Assembly: GCA_964291655.2 (NCBI GenBank)
Contig: OZ219802.1
Location: 256,001-320,000, forward strand
Source: Chloroflexota bacterium
Lineage (GTDB): Bacteria > Chloroflexota > UBA11872 > VXOZ01
Length of the DNA stretch: 64,000 bases
Direction of reading: 5' to 3'
Shown: piece by piece, positions 18,371 to 27,400 of the stretch
Layout: every line of letters starts with the position of its first letter
How positions within the stretch are numbered: position 1 is the first letter of the stretch
Position numbers and translations under genes: made by a program
Notes under the pieces: model-generated
What the model saw: the letters and a program-made list of their open reading frames with translations, nothing else
Database searches by the model: none
What the model was told of the DNA's origin: nothing

Positions 18371-21300
18371 GTGAAAGGGTTTATGTTGAGTAGGTTGAAG
18401 CACATCAAGCAACGGATCATGCGAGGAAAGGCGGCGATCTACGGATCCGCCATCGTAGTCATGCTGGCGCTGTCGCTCGTGCTGCAGGCCAGCGCAGTCT
18501 CGGCGCAAGCGCCGTCGGCGTCAACCGTGGAATCGACGCAGGCGTCGGACGCGACTCCTGAACCTACACCTGAACCCACACCTGAGGCCACACCAGAACC
18601 TACACCGGAACCAACTCCGCAACCAACTCCTGAGGCAACGCCGGAACCTACACCGGAACCCACGCCGGAGCCGCAGGTTACCGTCCCGGGCGCGCCCAGC
18701 GGATTAAGCGTCTCCACCAGCCGCGGTTCGCTGAGCGCGTCCGTGTCTTGGAGCGAAGTCTCCGGCGCAAGCCGTTACTCAGTCCGCTGGCGCAAAGCCG
18801 GCGCCGGCAATACGCTCAATGCCGGATCGGGAACCCGATCCACCAGCACCAGCATCAGCGTCGCCGGTTATAGCGACTGGGTGGTGCGCGTGGAAGCCTG
18901 TAACGCCGCAGGCTGCGGATCGGCCGCCGCGCAGAGATTCACCGTCGCGCCGGCCCCCACACCGGAACCCACACCTGAGCCTACTCCCGAATCTACGCCG
19001 GAACCAACGCCGGAACCGGAAAATGAACAAGAGCAGCAGAACGATGGGTCGCTACAGGTCGCCGTCGCAGCCAATCGCACCAATCCGCGGGTCGGCCAAG
19101 CAGTGACCCTGTCTGCGTTCATCGCAAACGCTCCCGCAGACTCCAGTCCTTCATACAGATGGCAGATGAAAAACGGTGGCGGCTGGATTTCCTGGGGAGG
19201 CGGCGCTACCTTTAGCTATCAGGCCGCAGCCCCTGAAGTTTGGACGTTTAGAGTCGTGGTCTCCTATGCTTCCGGCGTTTCACTTTCGTCGGGCTCGGTG
19301 ACCGTTGCCTGGTCCGAGGCCACGGCTGTTTCGGATCCTCCCCCTGTCACCTCTAGATCCACCATCGGCAACACAACGCCGCGGCGCACCGGCGACTTGA
19401 CCCCTCCAAATCCCGCGTCGTGGGGAGGCAATTCCACTTTTGATCTCGATAAAATCTTCACGGATGACAATGGCGACGACCTGACCTACACGGTCTCTGC
19501 CCAGCACCCCGGCCTGCTCGGCGCCAGCGTGTCAGGTTCTACCCTCAGTTTGAACTACCGCAATCCCGGCACATCGCAACTGACTATTACGGCCGATGAC
19601 GGCTACTACTTCGGGAAAGTCACGTACACTGTCTCCGTCAAAATTAGCGGGCACAGTACCCTGAGCGTCGCGGAGAATGCGGCCGCAGGCACCGTGGTGG
19701 GGACAGTGACCGGAAATCCCTATAGCGGCGAGACGCTGAGCTATTCCCTATCAGGTGATGCGGCTGGGCTTTTCGACATCGACTCGACAACCGGCCAAAT
19801 CACTGTCTCCTCGGGTGGACTACTGGAGGTCGGCACGGTAACGGGGACGGTGAACTATACCGTGAATAGTGTGTCGGTATCCGTTGACCTCACGGTCAAT
19901 GTGACAGCAGGGCCGCCGGCCGACATTACCCTGAGCGTAAGCCCGAGCTCATTCAACGAGGGTGCTTCTACCGCCAGCGTTACGGTTACGGCTAAACGCG
20001 CCGGCACGTCTGGCGCGGTGGCAGTCAAAGTGTCAACTTCGGGAGGCACGGCTACCGATGTTTCCGACTTTACCACGTGGTCTTTTCCAACGATGACAAT
20101 CGCTGACGGCAGTACCTCTGGAACGGCAACCCTGAAATTTCTCGTCCAGGATGACAATCTCGTGGAAGGAGACGAAACAATCACCGTGTTGGGCACGGCC
20201 ACCGGTCTGGTCGTCGGCAGTACCTCCACTAAAATCATCGACAATGACGTCGCGGTGCCCGATATTACCCTCAGCGTGAGCCGGTCCTCATTTGGCGAGG
20301 CCGATGAGGACATCCAAATTGTGGTCACGGCCACCCGCGCCAGCGGCGCCGATGAAAGCGATGCGGTGAGGATTTCCCTCTCGCTGGCGGGCACCGCCAC
20401 CGATGACACGGATTATTCCGTGTCCGGCAGGCACTCGATTACCATCGACACGGGCTTAACCAGCGAGACAACGACCTTGACCTTCGACGGCGTGGACGAC
20501 ACGCTCGTTGAAGGGGACGAGACCATCACCATAGAGGGGACGGCCGCTGACAACACCGTGAAAGGCACTGTGGTTACCCTCATCGACAACGAGGACGCTT
20601 CCGTATTTACGCCGGGCACTCCGACGCTCACCCGCACGACGTATAGCCAGAGTTCGAAACCGGGTCTAGACGTCAGTTGGACAGCCCCGACGAATACGAA
20701 CATCTCCGGGTACGAGGCGCAGTACCGCAAACAAGGGGCCACAGCGTGGACGGCATACAGCGGCGCCTTGTCCGCAACGACCACAAGTCTCACCATTACG
20801 GGCCTGGAATACGGCGCCACTTATGAGGCGCAAGTACGCGCCCTCATCAGCGGCGGGGGCGAGGGCCCGTGGTCAGACACCGGATCGGGCCGGGCCAATC
20901 AGCAGCCCACCATCATTATCAACAATGCCATTTCCAATCAGAGTATTGGCGTTGGCGGCACTTCCACGATCGGCAGCGCCCTCTCAGAGGTGTTCACCGA
21001 CAACGACGGCGACACCTTGACGTATGGCGCCTCTGTGGAACACCTGGGCATACTCTGGGCCAGCGCATCCAGCGGTTCGCTCTCGGTTCAGGCGTATAAT
21101 CCGAGCGCAACGACGGTTACCTACAGCGCGCGTGACGCGTATGGCGGCTACGCCTACTCCTCCTTACGAGTATCGGCCACGGCGTCCGCGACCCGCAGCG
21201 TGCCGCCTGGCTCCGTCGCGGGCACAAAAGTGGGCGCGCCGGTGACGGGGCGGCCCTACGGGGGCCAGGCGTTGAGCTACTCTCTGACGGGAGAAGCCGC

Positions 21301-24300
21301 CAACGCCTTCGTAATCGACTCTTCCACCGGCCAGATCAGCGTGAAAACAGGAGCCAAGCTGAACGCTGCGACCAAGCCCTCCTACTCGGGCAGTGTGAAC
21401 TGGACCGTGCAGGGCCAGTCGGCAAGCGTTAGCCTCACGATCAAGGTGTTCGACTCGAAGGCGAAGCCGCCCAAACTCGCCGCAGCGCTGACCCAGTCCC
21501 CAAGCGAACCCACTGCCGCGCTCCTCCTGACTTGGACTCCGCCCGACATGACCGGCAAGCATCCGGTGACCAGTTACAACGTACAGTACAGACCTCCAGG
21601 TCAACTACATTATATTTGGATTGACGTTGATGCCTCTGCGGACCGCACACGCGTAGGGTTACGGGGATCACACGTAGATCTGAAGCCAAACACGACATAC
21701 GAGGTCCAAGTGCGCGCCAAGAACAAGGCTGGACCGGGCCCATGGACGACCCTCTCAGCCACCACGGCGGCAAAGACCGACATCACCCTGAGCGTAAGTC
21801 CGAGCACTTTCGACGAGAGCGCTAATGCCGCCAGCGTCGCGGTTACGGCAACCCGCACCGGCACGTCCGGCGCGGTGACCGTAAACCTATCGACCCAGGG
21901 AGGCACGGCCACCGCCGGCGCCGACTATACGGCGTGGACCTCTCAAACGGTGACGATCGCTGATGGCAGTACCTCCGGTACGGCGAACCTGACCTTCACC
22001 GCCGTGGACGACACGGAGGTGGAGGGAAACGAGACTGTTACCGTGGTGGGGACGGCCACCGGCAAGACCGTCCGCGGCACCGAAATCACCATTACTGACA
22101 ACGACAAAGCGCTCGACATCACTCTGAGCGTGAGCCCGAGTTCGTTTGACGAGCCCGATCAGGATGTCGATATTGTGGTTACGGCCACCCGCACCGGCAC
22201 GTCCGGCGCGGTGACCGTTACCCTCTCGCTGGGGGGCACGGCCACCGCTACCACCGACTACACCATGTCCGGCACGAAGTCGATTACGATCGCGGCAGGT
22301 GCTACCAGCGGAGACACGACCCTGACCTTCGACGGCGTGGATGACAATGTTGTGGAAAGAGACAAGACCATCACCGTGTCGGGCACTGCCCCCAGCCTGA
22401 ACGTCGGCAGCGCCGACATTACTATCATGGACGACGATGAATACACCGACGCCGAATTGAAGCCGGGCACGCCGACGCTCGCTCGCACCACGTTCAGCCA
22501 GCCGTCCAACCCGGCTTTGGACGTGTCCTGGACGGCCCCCACGGCTGCCGACCTGAACATCTCCAACTACAAGGTGCGATACCGGAAGCAGGGCGCGGCG
22601 GGCTGGACTTCAAACACCAGCGCGGTGACGACAACGAGCGTCAACCTACCGAATCTGACAGCCGGCGCCACCTATGAGGTGCAAGTGCGGGCCGTCAACA
22701 GCGACGGGGGCGAGGGCCCCTGGTCCGACACCGGATCAGGCAAAGCCAACAACCCGCCGCGCACCCTTGGCTATATCTCGAGCACGACGATTCGGTGGGG
22801 TCACGCCGTCAATCGTGACATTACAATCCACTTTCCTGACCCCGACAGCGACACGCTGACCTACTCGGCCAGCGCGGCCAATGCCAACGTGATCAATGTC
22901 ACGATCAATGGAGCAAAGTTGAACGTGACTCCCAATGCTAACGGCCAATCCAAAATGACCTACGGCGCCCGGGACGACTACGGCGGGTACGCTGAATTGA
23001 CGACGACCTATTTTGTCCCCTCCAAGGGCGAGACGCGCAAAATCGCGGAGAACTCCCCCGCGGGCACAACAGTGGGCAATCGGATGCCGTGGTACCCCGC
23101 GGGCGGAAATGAGCTAATCCCTGTCCTGACCGGAGACGTAGCGACAGCCTTCACCATCTCGTCCAAGGGTTGGTTCAGTGTAAAGGCAGGCGCGAACCTC
23201 GACTACGAGACCCAGGATTCCTACAGCGGGCAGATAGCTTACAAGGTCAAGTCACAAACCGCCTTTTCAATTCCCCTCACCATCAAGATTACCGACGTGG
23301 ATCCGCCCGGCAGGCCCGATGCGCCAAAGGCAGCGCAATCTTCAGGGAACCCCACGAAAGCGCTGGACGTGAGTTGGGAAGCGCCCACGGACAACGAGCC
23401 AATCGACGGGTATAACGTGCGGTACCGTATGTTTGAGGACACGGACTGGACAGCGTCCGACTTCAGTGGAGCCGGCACGTCAACCACTCTGAGCGGTCTG
23501 GTGCCAGACACATCCTATAGAGTGCAAGTGCGCGCATTCAATGTCGAGGGCAATGGCCCCTGGTCGGATTTGGGCACGGGGAAGACTGCTATTCAAAAGT
23601 CCGAAACGACAGTGGTCACGCCGGCGCCCACACCGATACCGACACCGGTCTTGTTAGACCCACCGGATGCGCCTGGCGGACTTAGCGCCCAGTGCGCGGA
23701 TCCCGTCACCATCACGGTGAGTTGGAACGCGGTTGAAGGCGCCGACGGCTATGAATTCGGCATCTGGATCGGCAGCGGCTGGCAGGACGAATTCGTAATC
23801 GGCACGACCGCCATGCGTGGTGGGCTGGACCAGAATACCCGCTACAACGTCCGGGTACGCGCCCGCGGCGACGGTCAGACACGCGCCGGGTGGAGCCAGT
23901 ATCAGTTGGGCGGGGAGGACACGTCGAACTGCGCGTCCACGCCGCCACTGGCGCCGGTACCCACGCCGGAACCGACGCCGGAGCCCGAGCCAACGCCGGA
24001 GCCTGAGCAAACGCCGGAGCCGACGCCGGAGCCACAGCCTGAAGTGATTCAGCAGCCGACGCCGATTCCCGTACCAACGGCTGTGCCAACGCCAGACCCA
24101 ACGGTTACACCAGCGCCGGATTCGACACCTGCGCCGCAGCCTGAATCTTCACAGCCAACGACACCGCAGGCGACGCCAGTGCCCGGAATAACGGCTACGC
24201 CAGCGCCGGATTCGACACCGACGCCGGTACCGCCGAAGGTGGTTGGGCCCATCACGCCACCGTCCAACACCAATCCCAGCGACGACGCCGGGCCGCCGGC

Positions 24301-24949
24301 CCCGCCCCCAGCGCAGACGACTTCGAGCGATAACGCGAGAAGTAGTCTCACTGGGATCGTCAACGACCCGAATGCCATTCCCGCCATAGTGGGTGTGGGA
24401 CTGCTCGGAATTCTCTTTACGACACTCGCCGCACAGTACTTCGGCTTGCTCAGCATTCTCGAGGCACTCATGGGCGAAACGCGGCGCGCGCTGCAATTGA
24501 CGGTGCAGTCGCTGCTTCCGAGCGGGACCGGACCTCTCGCTCTCTTCTCACTGTTGGGCTTCTTGTTGCTGCCTTTCTTGTGGAGGAGACGCCGCCGTCG
24601 CGCGCCGGCTGCGCCACGGGTAACCCGGTCGGACTCCGATCCCATGCACGCGCTTGACGTGGCCTGGGACGGCCCGTCCGGTAACGGTACGCGCTATGAC
24701 GTGCAGTACCGTGCGCCGGGCAGGGACTGGATTGACTATGCCCGCACGAATCTGACCTGGATCGAACTCTCGGCTTTGGAGCCGGGCGAGAGGTACAGCG
24801 TGCGGATCCGCGTGCGAGGCGGGGACGTCGGTCCCTGGTCTGCAGCCGGCATCGGCAACACCGACGGGGAGGGTGACAGTGACAAAGTTGCCGTCGGCCT
24901 ACCGCAACTCCGCACCCGCAACGACGCGGGCACGAGTTTCGGGGACTGA
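18371..24949 (+). CDS. Giant surface adhesin-like protein with FN3, cadherin-like, Calx-beta/Ig-like domains and Pro-Thr-Glu linkers
   Basis: Signal peptide (..QASAVSAQ); EPTP repeats; multiple FN3 (LDVSWTAP..YxVxYR..YEVQVRA..GPWS); cadherin 'AENSPAGTTVG..LDYETQDSY'; 4x 'DITLSVS..F.E..GGTAT..DD..VE'; C-terminal hydrophobic segments. Start may be ATG 18383 or 18419. Confidence 0.88.
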   Translation: MKGFMLSRLKHIKQRIMRGKAAIYGSAIVVMLALSLVLQASAVSAQAPSASTVESTQASDATPEPTPEPTPEATPEPTPEPTPQPTPEATPEPTPEPTPEPQVTVPGAPSGLSVSTSRGSLSASVSWSEVSGASRYSVRWRKAGAGNTLNAGSGTRSTSTSISVAGYSDWVVRVEACNAAGCGSAAAQRFTVAPAPTPEPTPEPTPESTPEPTPEPENEQEQQNDGSLQVAVAANRTNPRVGQAVTLSAFIANAPADSSPSYRWQMKNGGGWISWGGGATFSYQAAAPEVWTFRVVVSYASGVSLSSGSVTVAWSEATAVSDPPPVTSRSTIGNTTPRRTGDLTPPNPASWGGNSTFDLDKIFTDDNGDDLTYTVSAQHPGLLGASVSGSTLSLNYRNPGTSQLTITADDGYYFGKVTYTVSVKISGHSTLSVAENAAAGTVVGTVTGNPYSGETLSYSLSGDAAGLFDIDSTTGQITVSSGGLLEVGTVTGTVNYTVNSVSVSVDLTVNVTAGPPADITLSVSPSSFNEGASTASVTVTAKRAGTSGAVAVKVSTSGGTATDVSDFTTWSFPTMTIADGSTSGTATLKFLVQDDNLVEGDETITVLGTATGLVVGSTSTKIIDNDVAVPDITLSVSRSSFGEADEDIQIVVTATRASGADESDAVRISLSLAGTATDDTDYSVSGRHSITIDTGLTSETTTLTFDGVDDTLVEGDETITIEGTAADNTVKGTVVTLIDNEDASVFTPGTPTLTRTTYSQSSKPGLDVSWTAPTNTNISGYEAQYRKQGATAWTAYSGALSATTTSLTITGLEYGATYEAQVRALISGGGEGPWSDTGSGRANQQPTIIINNAISNQSIGVGGTSTIGSALSEVFTDNDGDTLTYGASVEHLGILWASASSGSLSVQAYNPSATTVTYSARDAYGGYAYSSLRVSATASATRSVPPGSVAGTKVGAPVTGRPYGGQALSYSLTGEAANAFVIDSSTGQISVKTGAKLNAATKPSYSGSVNWTVQGQSASVSLTIKVFDSKAKPPKLAAALTQSPSEPTAALLLTWTPPDMTGKHPVTSYNVQYRPPGQLHYIWIDVDASADRTRVGLRGSHVDLKPNTTYEVQVRAKNKAGPGPWTTLSATTAAKTDITLSVSPSTFDESANAASVAVTATRTGTSGAVTVNLSTQGGTATAGADYTAWTSQTVTIADGSTSGTANLTFTAVDDTEVEGNETVTVVGTATGKTVRGTEITITDNDKALDITLSVSPSSFDEPDQDVDIVVTATRTGTSGAVTVTLSLGGTATATTDYTMSGTKSITIAAGATSGDTTLTFDGVDDNVVERDKTITVSGTAPSLNVGSADITIMDDDEYTDAELKPGTPTLARTTFSQPSNPALDVSWTAPTAADLNISNYKVRYRKQGAAGWTSNTSAVTTTSVNLPNLTAGATYEVQVRAVNSDGGEGPWSDTGSGKANNPPRTLGYISSTTIRWGHAVNRDITIHFPDPDSDTLTYSASAANANVINVTINGAKLNVTPNANGQSKMTYGARDDYGGYAELTTTYFVPSKGETRKIAENSPAGTTVGNRMPWYPAGGNELIPVLTGDVATAFTISSKGWFSVKAGANLDYETQDSYSGQIAYKVKSQTAFSIPLTIKITDVDPPGRPDAPKAAQSSGNPTKALDVSWEAPTDNEPIDGYNVRYRMFEDTDWTASDFSGAGTSTTLSGLVPDTSYRVQVRAFNVEGNGPWSDLGTGKTAIQKSETTVVTPAPTPIPTPVLLDPPDAPGGLSAQCADPVTITVSWNAVEGADGYEFGIWIGSGWQDEFVIGTTAMRGGLDQNTRYNVRVRARGDGQTRAGWSQYQLGGEDTSNCASTPPLAPVPTPEPTPEPEPTPEPEQTPEPTPEPQPEVIQQPTPIPVPTAVPTPDPTVTPAPDSTPAPQPESSQPTTPQATPVPGITATPAPDSTPTPVPPKVVGPITPPSNTNPSDDAGPPAPPPAQTTSSDNARSSLTGIVNDPNAIPAIVGVGLLGILFTTLAAQYFGLLSILEALMGETRRALQLTVQSLLPSGTGPLALFSLLGFLLLPFLWRRRRRRAPAAPRVTRSDSDPMHALDVAWDGPSGNGTRYDVQYRAPGRDWIDYARTNLTWIELSALEPGERYSVRIRVRGGDVGPWSAAGIGNTDGEGDSDKVAVGLPQLRTRNDAGTSFGD

Positions 24950-25134
24950 AGCCAATACAGACTGGAGCTCATAGGACCTAGATGACTGCGATGACGAGAC
25001 TAGCGGCAACGGAAGGCTTTGACGGCGCCTTGGTTGCCACCTCCCGGAGAGCGGCGAGCCTGAGCGGGGCAGGCGAAACTCCTGCCTCGCCGGCTCCCTC
25101 TCCCTGGGAGGTTGTGTATCATAGTCAAATCGCG

Positions 25135-25196
25135 CTTCGACCTTTCGGCAAGCCTGTGCTGAGCACTTCGACAAGCTCAGCACAGGCTTGTGGAAG
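25135..25196. repeat. REP-like palindrome (TTCGACAAGCTCAG family)
   Basis: CAAGCCTGTGCTGAGC-ACTTCGACAA-GCTCAGCACAGGCTTG perfect 16-bp stem. Confidence 0.7.
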
Positions 25197-25211
25197 TGCT
25201 CTGAAAAAAGG

Positions 25212-25281
25212 GGCCTCGCGCAGCAGGCCCCGCGCAGCAGGCCTCGCGCAGCAGGCTTCGCGTAGCAGGCTTCGCGTCGCA
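25212..25281 (+). repeat. Tandem repeat 5 x 14 bp
   Basis: GGCYYCGCGYAGCA iterated five times, degenerating rightwards. Confidence 0.85.
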
Positions 25282-25503
25282 GGGCAAGTCCATACGGAGC
25301 AATGGATGTATAAGACTGCCTCCTGAGGAGAGGATCGGGACGAAGGGAAAGCGGCTGCATGCCCCCGGCTGCTTGCTTCTCCACTATGCGGGGGCATATA
25401 CTCGAAAGCGGTGCAGGGGTAGACATTCCTTGCGGCAGCGTAGAATGAGCAGTGCCTGAGTGAAGTGAGGTATCACAACGTCGTCAATGATAATACTCCG
25501 TAA

Positions 25504-25977
25504 ATGAACCTAGAAAACCAGGCACAGCCGGAAGCTCCCAATGGAAGGAGTCCTCAACGTCCTGATGCGGTTGGTTACTGGGCCATCCTCCTGAGCGGCA
25601 TCGTTTTCGGCTACGTGCGGCGGGTGGTATCCCCTCACGGCTTCAGCCCCATCCAGTTCTTGATCCTCGACGTGTGCTTCCGCGGGGAAGCGGATACCGT
25701 GACAGGCATTGCGCACATCATTCCCTTCGACTCCTCGGCCGTAAGCCGGCGCGTGGAGGAGTTGCGCGGCAAGGGCTTGTTGCAAACGCGCCGCAGTAGA
25801 GCGGACCGGCGGGTGGTGCACGTGGAGTTAACCGAAGAAGGCCATGCGTTGGTAGAGCGGCTCCTCGAGGGCGTGAGGGCGGAAGGGGTCAGGCACATGG
25901 CGGTCCTCACCCAGCGGGAGCAGAAGCGCTTGATAGCCCTCATGCGGAAAGTTGTGGAGGGCGCAGAAGAGCGGTAG
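25504..25977 (+). CDS. MarR-family regulator (copy 1)
   Basis: 'PIQFLILDVCFR..FDSSAVSRRVEELR..DRRVVHVELTEEG'. Confidence 0.9.
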   Translation: MNLENQAQPEAPNGRSPQRPDAVGYWAILLSGIVFGYVRRVVSPHGFSPIQFLILDVCFRGEADTVTGIAHIIPFDSSAVSRRVEELRGKGLLQTRRSRADRRVVHVELTEEGHALVERLLEGVRAEGVRHMAVLTQREQKRLIALMRKVVEGAEER

Positions 25978-26031
25978 AAGGCCGTTCGGAGGCAGCGATA
26001 TACTTCCCGGTCGGCCGTTGCCCACGCTGAG

Positions 26032-26109
26032 TGGCGCACCCAGAGGGAATCGAACCCTCGTTGCAAGCTAGAAAGGCCTGTGCCCCGGCCCACTTGTCAA
26101 TATGGGCAC
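26032..26109 (-). pseudogene. Degenerate full-length tRNA-Glu copy
   Basis: GTGCCCA-TATT-GACAAGTGGGCCGGGGCA-CAGGC CTTTCTA GCTTG-CAAC-GAGGG TTCGATT CCCTC-TGGGTGC-G-CCA; T-arm identical to the tRNA at 26989; D-stem disrupted. Confidence 0.75.
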
Positions 26110-26232
26110 AAGACGTATTACATACGCTCTCAGAGTGCGGTAATCTGTGGCTGCTCTGACTAGCGGTTGTGTAGGATGAACACGAGTGAAGGTTGAGTAG
26201 ATCCCTATGTTCCCATCGCGGGTACTCCGGAC

Positions 26233-26706
26233 ATGAGCCAAGAAACCCAAGGACAATATTCTCCGGGTGCAAAGAGACAGCAGAACACGGAGACCGTGGG
26301 GTATTTGTCAATCCTGTTAAGCGGGGTGGTCACCGAGTACATTCGGGAAGTGGTGAGCCCATACGGCCTTAAGCCAATCCAGTTCCTGATTCTCGACGTG
26401 TGCTCGCGGAAGGAGGCCGACTCCGTGTCGGGCATTGCGCGGATCCTACCGTTCGACTCCTCGGCCGTAAGTCGCCGCGTGGAGGGGTTACGCGCCGCGG
26501 GCCTGCTGCAAACTCGCCGCAGTAGAGAAGACCGGCGGGTCGTGCACGTGGAGTTGACAGATGAAGGTCACGATCTCGTAGCGGAGCTCCGTGAGGAAGT
26601 GAAGGCGCAAGGGACTAGCCACATGGCGGCCCTAAGCACTAACGAGAAGAAGCGCCTGATTTCTCTCATGCGGAAGGCGATGGAGAGTGTAGAAGGGCTG
26701 GAGTAA
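26233..26706 (+). CDS. MarR-family regulator (copy 2, tandem paralog)
   Basis: 'PIQFLILDVCSR..FDSSAVSRRVEGLR..DRRVVHVELTDEG'; highly similar to copy 1. Confidence 0.9.
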   Translation: MSQETQGQYSPGAKRQQNTETVGYLSILLSGVVTEYIREVVSPYGLKPIQFLILDVCSRKEADSVSGIARILPFDSSAVSRRVEGLRAAGLLQTRRSREDRRVVHVELTDEGHDLVAELREEVKAQGTSHMAALSTNEKKRLISLMRKAMESVEGLE

Positions 26707-26988
26707 GGCCGCGCGGTGGCACAATGCTGCTCGTGAGTCTTCTCTAGCTTGTCGGCGTGTAAACCCCCGCAAGTTCCGCAAGCGCAACGGTGACGAATCC
26801 CGCCCTGGCATCAGGGGCTCGCGCGCTGAACGAGAACCCACCTCAACGTGGCGCATGATGCCGCCCCACTTCACCGCAGCCGTCCTCTTCAAGGAAGCTC
26901 TTGAAAGTACCGACCGTGGATTGCAGCTTCGCCTTGCACTGTTGCGCAGCGAATTAGCACCTGATCATCTGCCGCTTGCAAAGAAAGG

Positions 26989-27061
26989 CGCCCCCAGAGG
27001 GAATCGAACCCTCGTTACAGGCTTGAAAGGCCTGCGTCCTGGTCCACTAGACGATGGGGGC
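26989..27061 (-). tRNA. tRNA-Glu(TTC); CCA not encoded (followed by CCT)
   Basis: GCCCCCA TC GTCTAGTGGACCAGGAC G CAGGC CTTTCAA GCCTG TAAC GAGGG TTCGATT CCCTC TGGGGGC G: complete cloverleaf. Confidence 0.96.
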
Positions 27062-27085
27062 GAGAGAGGCGCGTTTCACTCTCTC

Positions 27086-27114
27086 AGTATACCGCAAATC
27101 GAACCTTCTGCGAA
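27086..27114 (-). promoter_or_regulatory. tRNA promoter
   Basis: Minus strand TTCGCA-17 bp-TATACT ~25 nt upstream of the tRNA. Confidence 0.55.
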
Positions 27115-27332
27115 GATAAACAGCGCCTCGAACGCCACCCAAGAGTCGAATTCTTTACACTCACAGCGACTCGCAATTGACTCCAGGCAGGCCTGCTCTT
27201 GAATTCTTCACTATTCCCGCAAGCCCCGGTCTCTGTAGTCACTGAAGGAGATAATGCATGTCCGGATTGACCGAATATCCGATAGATGTGGCCTATCGCA
27301 ATAATTCTGTGAGACATGCCTAGTCATTGGGC

Positions 27333-27362
27333 TTGACAGAGAATAGAGTGGGGGAGTACGAT
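27333..27362 (+). promoter_or_regulatory. Sigma70 promoter for the solute-binding protein gene
   Basis: TTGACA-18 bp-TACGAT, followed by AAGGAG RBS and ATG 27401. Confidence 0.6.
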
Positions 27363-27400
27363 GCTGGCAATAGTGAGTATTGCAAGGCAAGGAGACCGCA

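Noticed and set aside
18550-18672. 12-bp tandem repeats as a non-coding array
   Set aside because: They encode in-frame EPTP linkers of the adhesin (also ~18960 and ~23960).
25056-25096. Group II intron domain V (GAGCC..GAAACT..GGCTC)
   Set aside because: The stem is too long, the AC bulge and domain VI are lacking, and there is no reverse transcriptase nearby.
25360-25398. SRP RNA (GAAGCAAGCAGC on minus strand)
   Set aside because: It lacks the CAGG..GNRA helix-8 pairing; only a simple ATGCCCCCG inverted repeat is present.
26032-27061. attL/attR of an integrative element at tRNA-Glu
   Set aside because: The copy is full-length and diverged rather than an exact 3' fragment, no integrase is present, and segmental duplication explains it better.
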